In this document: piece after piece, positions 56,372 through 64,000 of the stretch | Position numbering within the stretch: the first letter of the stretch is position 1 | Layout: the number at the start of each line of letters is the position of its first letter | Origin: Myxococcales bacterium | Lineage (GTDB): Bacteria > Myxococcota_A > Polyangia > Polyangiales > Polyangiaceae | Length of the DNA: 64,000 nt | Direction of reading: 5' to 3' | NCBI GenBank assembly: GCA_016720545.1 | Contig: JADKKK010000003.1 | Location: 473,516-537,515 of the forward strand | Position numbers and translations under genes: made by a program | The notes under the pieces: model-generated | What the model was told of the DNA's origin: nothing | Databases searched by the model: none | Seen by the model: only the letters and a program-made list of their open reading frames with translations

Positions 56372-57148
56372 ATGGCACCGTTCTTCATCTTCGGCGGCAT
56401 CCTGCTCCTCGTGGGCGTGATCATCACGGCCGCCAACCTCAAGAACTTCCGGCGCCGTCAGCGCATCCTGCAGACGCCGACCTCGCCGATCGCGCAGGCC
56501 CCGGGCGCCGGCCCCGTCGAGGTGAAGGGTCGCATCGTGCCGGGCGAGCAAGGCGTACTTCAGACGCCCTTCAGCGGTCGGCACGCGGTGTGGTGCCGCA
56601 TCACCGTGCTCGAGCACCGCTCCTCGGGCCGCAACAGCTATTGGGCCACCATCATCAAGGAGACCGACCAGCGCGAGTTCTTCGTGGACGACGGCTCGGG
56701 TCAGATGGCGAAGATCGTGCCCCACGGGGCCGAGGTCATCCTCGACGCGCAGAACGTCGCGAGCTCCGGCACGTTCAACGACGCGTCGCCGCACCTTCAG
56801 GGCTTCCTCGCCTCGCGCGGCCACTCCACCCAGACGTTCCTCGGCTTCAACAAGTCGATGCGCTACACGGAAGAGGTCCTCTCGCCGAACGATCCTCTGT
56901 ACGCGCTCGGACCTTCACGCCGCGAGGCCGGCCCGCCGGTGAACGACGGCTACCGCATGGCGCCCTCGAGCCAGCTCGTATTGGGCGCCGGTCACGGCGA
57001 GGCGCACGAGCTCATCCTCACCAACAAAACCGAGGAGCAGCTCGTGTCGCGGCTGCTCTGGGGGTTCGTGGGTGGCCTCATTTGCGTGGGCGTCTCGCTG
57101 GTGTGCGGCGCAATAGGTCTTATCTTTGCGATCGCCGAAATGATCTAG
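56372..57148 (+). CDS. GIDE-domain-like membrane protein with N- and C-terminal TM helices flanking a soluble domain.
   Basis: N-terminal TM FFIFGGILLLVGVIITAANL and C-terminal TM LLWGFVGGLICVGVSLVCGAIGLIFAIAEMI. Assignment to GIDE is by architecture and recalled family, not verified. Confidence 0.55.
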   Translation: MAPFFIFGGILLLVGVIITAANLKNFRRRQRILQTPTSPIAQAPGAGPVEVKGRIVPGEQGVLQTPFSGRHAVWCRITVLEHRSSGRNSYWATIIKETDQREFFVDDGSGQMAKIVPHGAEVILDAQNVASSGTFNDASPHLQGFLASRGHSTQTFLGFNKSMRYTEEVLSPNDPLYALGPSRREAGPPVNDGYRMAPSSQLVLGAGHGEAHELILTNKTEEQLVSRLLWGFVGGLICVGVSLVCGAIGLIFAIAEMI

Positions 57149-57161
57149 CCGAGGGCGACCG

Positions 57162-58175
57162 CTAGAAGCGACCGAGCAGCGCGCCGCCCGCGCCGCCGGG
57201 GCCCACGACAGGCACGAGGCTGACGCGATCTCGCTCGCGCGGGTTCGGCGTAGCCCACGGGCGCAGCACGAGCGCCGACACCACCGCGGCGCCCAAGAAC
57301 ACGCCGCCGCCAACGTAGCCAACGATCGACCCCGTGCCGAGGCCCGACGCCTTCGACGCGGCGTCCTCGAGGGGCTGGCAGCCGGGCGCCCCGGGCCGAG
57401 GGCAGGGCGCGCCGACGCTGAGGAGCCGGAGCTCGTCGTCCGAGCTGGCCGACATCGCGCCCATCACCGCGCCCGCCCCGAGGCCGGCGACGCCGACCAC
57501 GCCGAGCACCACGGGCACCGTCCACGAAGCCCCGGCTTCGCGCTCCGCGGGAGGCGGCGATGGCGGCGGCGGCGACGTGTCGCCCTCGAGCGCGACCACC
57601 ACCGTGCGCTCGGCGGGGCACGCCACGGGGCGCTTTCGCCGGCGCTGGCCGAAGGTCACGACGACCTCGTGCGGTCCGGCGAGCACCGCGATGGGGTCGG
57701 CGAGCGGGGCCTCGCCCGCGACGACGCCGTCGACGCGCACCTGGGTCCCGCGCGGCGTGCCCGGCGCGAGAGTGATGAGGCTCACCTTCGTGCCGAGGTC
57801 CGCGAAGAGCTTCTTGGCGAGCGTGGTGTGCGCGGGATCGGTCTGCGGCAGCTTCAGGAGCTCGCGAAAGTGGTGGTACGCGCCGAGCACGTGGCCTACG
57901 CGGTGCTCGGCGCGCGCGAGGTTGAACAGCACGTCGGGCTCCTTCAGGACCGCCCACGCCTGCGCGTACTTGAGCCTCGCCTGCTCGTGCTCGCCGCGCC
58001 CCCAGAGCGCGTGGCCCTCGTCGAACCGCTGCTTGGCCTCTGCGCTGAACGCATCCTCGGCGCGGGCCTCGGCGCCGCCCGCCGCCAAGGTGACGAGCCC
58101 CACGGTCAGCCCGAGCGCCGCCCGGACAAGCCACGTGCGCGCTCGCGTCCTCGCTTGCGCTTCACGCTCGCTCAC
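57162..58175 (-). CDS. TPR-like / PEGA-domain membrane protein, paralog A (337 aa).
   Basis: Signal peptide, a TPR-like helical region, a PEGA-like beta domain (TQVRVDGVVAGEAPL…LAGPHEVVV), a poly-Pro linker and C-terminal TM segments. GTG start in a GTGA overlap with the upstream beta-helix gene. Paralogous to 62453..63490. Confidence 0.7.
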   Translation of the reverse strand: MSEREAQARTRARTWLVRAALGLTVGLVTLAAGGAEARAEDAFSAEAKQRFDEGHALWGRGEHEQARLKYAQAWAVLKEPDVLFNLARAEHRVGHVLGAYHHFRELLKLPQTDPAHTTLAKKLFADLGTKVSLITLAPGTPRGTQVRVDGVVAGEAPLADPIAVLAGPHEVVVTFGQRRRKRPVACPAERTVVVALEGDTSPPPPSPPPAEREAGASWTVPVVLGVVGVAGLGAGAVMGAMSASSDDELRLLSVGAPCPRPGAPGCQPLEDAASKASGLGTGSIVGYVGGGVFLGAAVVSALVLRPWATPNPRERDRVSLVPVVGPGGAGGALLGRF

Positions 58176-59470
58176 GGCGCCACCTCCAGCTCGGACTGCG
58201 ACAGCCCCGCGGGGCCGTCATTCACTCCCGCCGCTCCGCCTACGCCTCCCGCTCCCCCGGCTCCTGCCTTCAGCGTCCCGTCTCCCGTGGGCTTCGTTCC
58301 CTTGTAGACTACAGCTACCGAGATCCCGCCCGCTCCGCCAGCTCCCGCTCCGCCCGCTCCGCCCTTCCCGCCGTCTCCCCCGCCGCAGCCCGGGGCAGCC
58401 ACCTCGGCCGCCCCAGGTCCGCCCCCGCCCCCGGTACCCCCGGTACCCCCGGTACCCCCGGCAGCGGCCGTGAGCGTCACGTTCGTCATCGTCACGTTCG
58501 AGCTCACGCTCAGCAGCGCGATGCTCCCGCCTCCGCTCTTGCCCCCCTTCCCTCCCGTACCCCCGCATCCCCCGCAGGCGCCTCCGCCTCCAAAGCTGTC
58601 CGCTCCGCGTGAGCCTCCGCCCCCGCCACCTTGACCGGGCAGTCCGCTCGCTCCCGCGGGCGCCTCCGACGGCGTCCACTCCCCGCTCCCGGATATCCCT
58701 CCCGGCGTCGTCACCTTCGCAGCTGGCGCTCCCTCGGCTCGCTCTGCTCCGGTGTTCCCCGAGCCGTTCGGCTCCGCAGCTACGCAGCTCGCTAGGGCGA
58801 CTCCACCCGCTCCGTCGGTCGGCGCGACCCCGCCCAGCGCCTCGGCTCCGCTCCCAGCCGTGATCCAATGGGGCGCCGCCGCCCCCCCTCCGGATCCGCC
58901 TCCCGAGCTGCACGTGCACGGCTTCGCCGCTCCCCCGCGCTCGCGCTCGCCGGGTTCCGTTCCCGTTCCCCGTCGCGTACGTCCCCGTCGTCCCGCCCGC
59001 TCCAGCCTCCCCAGCGAATCCACCCTTCGCCTCCACTCCCACCTTCCGTAGGCTCACCTTCACCGCCTCCACAGCCCACACTCCCACGCTCGTACGCGAC
59101 CCCGCCGTCCCCGCCGCTCCTTCGATGTCCAGCTCCGCCAGCGTCGCCGTCACCTTCCCTATCTTCACCGCGTACTCTGGCTTCGTCCCCACCACCTTCG
59201 CTCGCCCTCCAGCCTTCCCGAAGTCGCACGTCACTCCCGAGTACACCTCCACGTCGCTCTTCACCTCCACGCTCTCCGCGTACGTCCCCTCGCACACCAC
59301 CACCCGCCCGCGACCCGCAGAGAGCCCCTTCCCCACCGTCTTGTAGGGCTTCGTCCTCGTCCCCGCGTTCCCGTCGTCCCCACTCGGCGACACGTACACT
59401 CCGTAGCTGTCCACTAGGCACTTCCTCAGGGTTCTTCACTGGCTCGTTCGGCGTCTCGCACCCGCCCCCG
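58172..59470 (-). pseudogene. Beta-helix (DUF1565-like) / Gly-rich repeat protein, tandem copy 1. N-terminally truncated (no signal peptide or start) and frameshifted.
   Basis: The unit begins mid-domain (…GCETPNEPVKNPEE, with an extra G against the other copies) directly after the stop of copy 2. The N-part frame 58218..59414 shifts at about 58950 into the C-part frame 58172..59023 (…GGTGGTGG…SELEVAP*). Confidence 0.55.
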
Positions 59471-59473
59471 GCC

Positions 59474-60954
59474 TCACGGCGCCACCTCCAGCTCGGACTG
59501 CGACAGCCCCGCGGGGCCGTCATTCACTCCCGCCGCTCCGCCTACGCCTCCCGCTCCCCCGGCTCCTGCCTTCAGCGTCCCGTCTCCCGTCGGCTTCGTT
59601 CCCTTGTACACTACAGCTACCGAGATCCCGCCCGCTCCGCCCGCTCCCGCTCCGCCCGCTCCGCCCTTCCCGCCGTCTCCCCCGCCGCAGCCGGAGAGCG
59701 AGCCACCTCCAGCCGCCCCGGGTCCGCCCCCGCCCCCGGTACCCCCGGTACCCCCGGTACCCCCGGTACCCCCGGTACCCCCGGCAGCGGCCGTGAGCGT
59801 CACGTTCGTCATCGTCACGTTCGAGCTCACGCTCAGCAGCGCGATGCTCCCGCCTCCGCTCTTGCCCCCCTTCCCTCCCGTACCCCCGCATCCCCCGCAG
59901 GCGCCTCCGCCTCCAAAGCTGTCCGCTCCGCGTGAGCCTCCGCCCCCGCCACCTTGACCGGGCAGTCCGCTCGCTCCCGCGGGCGCCTCCGACGGCGTCC
60001 ACTCCCCGCTCCCGGATATCCCTCCCGGCGTCGTCACCTTCGCAGCTGGCGCTCCCTCGGCTCGGTCTGCTCCGGTGTTCCCCGAGCCGTTCGGCTCCGC
60101 AGCTACGCAGCTCGCTAGTGCGACTCCACCCGCTCCGTCGGTCGGCGCCACTCCGCCCAGCGCCTCGAGCCCGCTCCCAGCCGTATCCAATGGAGCGCCG
60201 CCTCGGGCCCCAGCGGTCACGCCTCCCGAGCTGCACGTGCACGGCTTCGCCGCTCCCCCCGCGCTCGCGCTCGCCGGGTTCCCGTTCCCGTTCCCCGTCG
60301 CGTACGTCCCCGTCGTCCCGCCCGCTCCAGCCTCCCCAGCGAATCCACCCTTCGCCTCCACTCCCACCTTCCGTAGGCTCACCTTCACCGCCTCCACAGC
60401 CCACACTCCCACGCTCGTACGCGACCCCGCCGTCCCCGCCGCTCCTTCGATGTCCAGCTCCGCCAGCGTCGCCGTCACCTTCCCCACTCTCACCGCGTAC
60501 TCTGGCTTCGTCCCCACCACCTTCGCTCGCCCTCCAGCCTTCCCGACGTCGCTCGTCACCCCCGAGTACACCTCCACGTCGCTCTTCACCTCCACGCTCT
60601 CCGCGTACGTCCCTCGCACACCACCACCCGCCCGCGACCCGCAGAGAGCCCCTTCCCCACCGTCTTGTAGGGCTTCGTCCTCGTCCCGGGGTTCCCGTCG
60701 TCCCCACTCGGCGACACGTACACTCCGTAGCTGTCCACTAGGCACTTCTCAGGGTTCTTCACTGGCTCGTTCGGCGTCTCGCACCCGGGCGGAACCACCA
60801 CGTCCACTCCCCCGTCCACCGACCCCTCCCCGACCCCGCCCTCTCCCACCCCTCCGTCCGAAGCCTCCGTCACGTAATAGTTGTTCGTCGTGCACCCCGA
60901 CCCCGAAACCAGGCCCGCCAGCACGAACGCGCACAGCGCCACCCCCGGCCTCAC
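59474..60954 (-). CDS. Secreted beta-helix (DUF1565-like) lipoprotein with a C-terminal Gly-rich repeat region, tandem copy 2. Apparent -1 frameshift at a C-run near 60615.
   Basis: GTG start in a GTGA overlap with the copy-3 stop. Signal peptide/lipobox MRPGVALCAFVLAGLVSGSGC. The N-domain YVSPSGDDGNPGTRTKPYKTVGKGLSAGRGRVVVCEG then continues in another frame (TYAESVEVK…). CCC here corresponds to CCCC in copies 1 and 3. Confidence 0.6.
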
Positions 60955-62434
60955 GGCGCCACCTCCAGCTCGGACTGCGACAGCCCCGCGGGGCCGTCAT
61001 TCACTCCCGCCGCTCCTCCCACGCCTCCCGCTCCCCCCGCTCCCGCCTTCAGCGTCGCGTCTCCCGTCGGCTTCGTTCCCTTGTAGACTACAGCTACCGA
61101 GATCCCGCCCGCTCCGCCCGCTCCCGCTCCGCCCGCTCCGCCCTTCCCGCCGTCTCCCCCGCCGCAGCCCGGCGTTCCGCCACCGGCCACCCCACCAAGT
61201 CCGCCCCCGCCCCCGGTACCCCCGGTACCCCCGGTACCCCCCGGTCCCCCCGGCAGCGGCCGTGAGCGTCACGTTCGTCATCGTCACGTGCGAGCTCACG
61301 CTCAGCAGCGCGATGCTCCCGCCTCCGCCCTTGCCCCCCTTCCCTCCCGTACCCCCGCATCCCCCGCAGCCGCCTCCGCCTCCAAAGCTGTCCGCCCCGC
61401 GTGACCCACCGCCGCCACCCCCTTGACCGGGCAGTCCGCTCGCTCCCGCGGCCGCCTCCGACGGCGTCCCCTCCCGCTCCCGGATATCCCTCCCGGCGTC
61501 GTCACCTTCGCAGCTGGCGCTCCTCGGCTCGGTCTGCTCCGGTGTTCCCCGAGCCGTTCGGCTCCGCAGCTACGCAGCTCGCTAGTGCGACTCCACCCGC
61601 TCCGTCGGTCGGCGCCACTCCGCCGAGCGCCTCGGCTCCGCTCCCAGCCGTGATCAACGGGGCGCCGCCGCCCCCTCCTCCGGATCCGCCTCCCGAGCTG
61701 CACGTGCACGGCTTCGCCGCTCCCCCCGCGCTCGCGCTCGCCGGGTTCCCGTTCCCGTTCCCCGTCGCGTACGTCCCTGTCGTCCCGCCCGCTCCAGCCT
61801 CCCCACCGAATCCACCCTTCGCCTCCACTCCCACCTTCCGAAGGCTCACCTTCACCGCCTCCACAGCCCACACTCCCACGCTCGTACGCGACCCCGCCGT
61901 CCCCGCCGCTCCTTCGATGTCCAGCTCCGCCAGCGTCGCCGTCACCTTCCCCACCTTCACCGCGTACTCGGGCTTCGTCCCCACCACCTTCGCTCGCCCT
62001 CCAGCCTTCCCGAAGTCGCACGTCACTCCCGAGTACACCTCCACGTCGCTCTTCACCTCCACGCTCTCCGCGTACGTCCCCTCGCACACCACCACCCGCC
62101 CGCGACCCGCAGAGAGCCCCTTCCCCACCGTCTTGTAGGGCTTCGTCCTCGTCCCGGGGTTCCCGTCGTCCCCACTCGGCGACACGTACACTCCGTAGCT
62201 GTCCACTAGGCACTTCTCAGGGTTCTTCACTGGCTCGTTCGGCGTCTCGCACCCGGGCGGAACCACCACGTCCACTCCCCCGTCCACCGACCCCTCCCCG
62301 ACCCCGCCCTCTCCCACCCCTCCGTCCGACTCGGCGTCGCACGTTCCGTTGTCGCAGAGCGACGGAATCGAAAAACACCCCGCGAACACGAGCGCGGTGG
62401 TCGTCGCGAGCCCAAGTGCAATGATCTTCTTCAT
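60951..62434 (-). CDS. Secreted beta-helix (DUF1565-like) lipoprotein with a Gly-rich repeat C-terminus, tandem copy 3. At least two single-base deletions in C-runs near 61440-61520 break the frame.
   Basis: Start MKKIIALGLATTTALVFAGC (lipobox) at 62434 with an intact N-domain. The frame is lost after …NTGADRAE (stop at 61502). The C-terminal Gly-rich part and …SELEVAP* (ending 60951) are in other frames. The corresponding copy-2 DNA has one more C at each site. Confidence 0.6.
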
Positions 62435-62452
62435 GTCGAGGCTCCTGGGCGC

Positions 62453-63490
62453 TCAGAACGAACCGGAGATCGAAGCGCCCGAGTAGCCGGGAGCGAACGT
62501 GGGGGCGAGCGTGGGGCCGCGGAGGAAGCCGTGCGTCGGCGTCCTCGGACGGGTCTCCCACGGGCGCATGATGAGCACGCTCACGACAGCGGCCCCGAGC
62601 GCCGCCGAGCCCCCGATGAGCCCGACCGCGCTCACGGTCCGCTGGGTCGAGGCGGCGTCGAGCTTGTCCGAGAGCGCCACGCAACCCGCGCTCGCGCGGT
62701 CTGCGCACACGCCAGATCGCTGGAGCCCCGTCGCGTCGTCGCGCGAGCCCACGCCCACGAAGTGGAACGTCGCGCCCACGCCGAGCCCCACGAGCCCCAC
62801 CCCGGCGAGGACGCCGGGCAAGAGCCAGCTGCCCTTCTCGCCCGCCTCAGCGGGCGGCGGCGTGACAGGCCCGGGGCTCGGCACCGCGGGAAGGGGAGGT
62901 CCATCCGCCGGCGGGTCCTCGTACGTCACGACGACGGTCTCGTTCGCCGCGCACTTCACCGGCTTGAGCTTCTCGCCCTTCGGCCCCTGCATGCGGACGA
63001 GGTGCTCCCCGACCTCGACGAGCACGAGCCCCTGGCCGGGTGTGCCGTCCACCTTGCAGCTCAGCGCGCGGAGGTCGAGCGCGCAGAGCTTGGTGCTCGC
63101 CTGGTCGAGCAGCGCCTGCGCGTCTCGGCGATCCGAGGCCGTCACCTTGTCGTTCTCGGGCAGCGCGAGGTAGCTCTTCAGGAGCGCGGCGGCCTCGAGG
63201 TAGTGGTACGTGCGGATCGTGGCCTCGGCCTGGTTCAAGAGCGAATTCGGGTTCTGTCCGCGCGCGTAGGCCTCGCGAAACTTGGCGCGAGCGCCCTCGT
63301 AGTCGCCCTTCGTGAACAGCTGCGCGCCCTCCTCGTGCAGCTTGGCGGCTTGCGCGCGGCGGCTCTTCAGGTCCTCGTCCTTGGGGCCCGCCAGCGCGTG
63401 GGGCGCGAGCGCCAGGTAGAACGCCACGAGGGCGAGGGCGGCGGCCTTGGTGGTGCACGAGCTCTTCACGGATCTCTCCACTTGCTTCAT
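62453..63490 (-). CDS. TPR-like / PEGA-domain membrane protein, paralog B (~345 aa).
   Basis: Signal peptide MKQVERSVKSSCTTKAAALALVAFYLALAPHALAG, a TPR-like region, a PEGA-like domain (SCKVDGTPGQGLVLVEVGEHLVRM), a Pro-rich linker, TM segments and a C-terminal …SGSF. The track ORF starts at an upstream TTG 63553. Confidence 0.7.
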   Translation of the reverse strand: MKQVERSVKSSCTTKAAALALVAFYLALAPHALAGPKDEDLKSRRAQAAKLHEEGAQLFTKGDYEGARAKFREAYARGQNPNSLLNQAEATIRTYHYLEAAALLKSYLALPENDKVTASDRRDAQALLDQASTKLCALDLRALSCKVDGTPGQGLVLVEVGEHLVRMQGPKGEKLKPVKCAANETVVVTYEDPPADGPPLPAVPSPGPVTPPPAEAGEKGSWLLPGVLAGVGLVGLGVGATFHFVGVGSRDDATGLQRSGVCADRASAGCVALSDKLDAASTQRTVSAVGLIGGSAALGAAVVSVLIMRPWETRPRTPTHGFLRGPTLAPTFAPGYSGASISGSF

Positions 63491-63549
63491 CGAGACGGTC
63501 TCATCGTCACAGGGGGCTCGGCGCGCCGGCGGCGTTCGCGTCGTTCTCC

Positions 63550-64000
63550 TCAAAATGGCCTCATCTTCGACGAGGTGGGCACCGGCTCGACCGATCCGGA
63601 GGCGGTGGCCGACGGGCGCGGCCCAGGCTCGGTGGGACCCGGGGCGGTGGCAGCCGCCGTGACGTGCGCAGGCGCGACCGTCGCCGCGCTCGGCGCGACC
63701 GCGCGCGGAGGTACGGCGGCGACCGTGGGTGCTCCTGCCGAGGGCCCCGGCGGCGTGACGACGGCCGAGGCGAGCCCGCTCGGCGACGCGGCGACGGACG
63801 GCGCGGGCGGAGCGGGCGGAGGGGCCGCGGACGGGACGCTCGAGGCGCTCGGCGCGGCCGCGATCAACGGGCTCACACCCATGTTTCTATTAACAAAATA
63901 GTACACCACGCTCGCCCCGAAGGTCACCATGAGCGCCCCGGAGACGGCCCCGACGAGGCGACGGCGACGGCGGGCCGCGCCCTCCGCGGCCTCTTCTGCT
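63550..64000 (-). CDS. Membrane-anchored protein, 3' part only (start lies beyond the window end). RRRRR + TM + Pro/Ala-rich region.
   Basis: The frame is open through 64000 (…AEEAAEGAARRRRRLVGAVSGALMVTFGASVVYYFVNRNMGVSPLIAAAPSASSVPSAAPPPAPP…MRPF*). The in-window ATG of the track ORF is internal. Confidence 0.45.
   Translation of the reverse strand, partial: AEEAAEGAARRRRRLVGAVSGALMVTFGASVVYYFVNRNMGVSPLIAAAPSASSVPSAAPPPAPPAPSVAASPSGLASAVVTPPGPSAGAPTVAAVPPRAVAPSAATVAPAHVTAAATAPGPTEPGPRPSATASGSVEPVPTSSKMRPF

Noticed and set aside
59474-60745. 423-aa continuous ORF taken at face value as the copy-2 protein
   Set aside because: Its first ~45 aa (MPSGQLRSVRVAEWGRREPRDEDEALQDGGEGALCGSRAGGGVRG) are out-of-frame translation of the conserved N-domain. 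The true N-terminus with its lipoprotein signal lies in frame 60586..60954.

Overview
This window is about 72% GC and looks like a myxobacterial chromosome segment. The basis is a near-identical MglA Ras-like GTPase next to its Roadblock/LC7 partner MglB, a MYXO-CTERM-like sorting tail on a secreted protease, and many Cys-rich lipoproteins. Coding density is high (~60 CDS) and several gene pairs overlap by 4 nt at GTGA/ATGA start-stop junctions. Long antisense ORFs on the track are GC artefacts and were rejected.

Ordinary content includes a partial mobA, an acetyl-CoA thiolase, two TetR regulators with candidate palindromic operators, an ECF sigma/anti-sigma pair, a PilZ protein, an M20 peptidase, mglBA, yebC, cysS, mlaE, an FtsX-type permease, folE, short-chain dehydrogenases, an aldo/keto reductase, a cupin protein, a glycerophosphodiester phosphodiesterase and a molybdopterin oxidoreductase.

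Accessory-like content:
(1) An envelope-glycan locus: a DegT/ArnB-like aminotransferase, a methyltransferase, an ArnC-like GT2, a GT4, a disrupted polysaccharide deacetylase, an outer-membrane beta-barrel, and further along two large GT-C-like polytopic membrane proteins translationally coupled to a stand-alone class-II glutamine amidotransferase.
(2) A minus-strand cluster at 57.1-63.6 kb where two paralogous TPR/PEGA membrane proteins bracket three tandem beta-helix (DUF1565-like) proteins with Gly-rich tails, joined by GTGA overlaps and carrying several homopolymer-associated frameshifts.
(3) A putative operon of a penta-heme c-type cytochrome lipoprotein, a secreted protein, a Lon N-domain protein, a Rieske protein and a GIDE-like membrane protein.
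(4) A family of CTAG-associated MITE-like elements abutting stop codons (one with perfect 22-bp terminal inverted repeats), plus a 2.3-copy ~295-bp tandem repeat with long internal inverted repeats.
(5) An IS110 transposase remnant beside a (TCTCCC)n microsatellite.

Frameshifts recur at short C-runs across the window. These may be sequencing errors rather than biology, so pseudogene calls carry that caveat. No rRNA, tRNA or CRISPR was recognised by eye.
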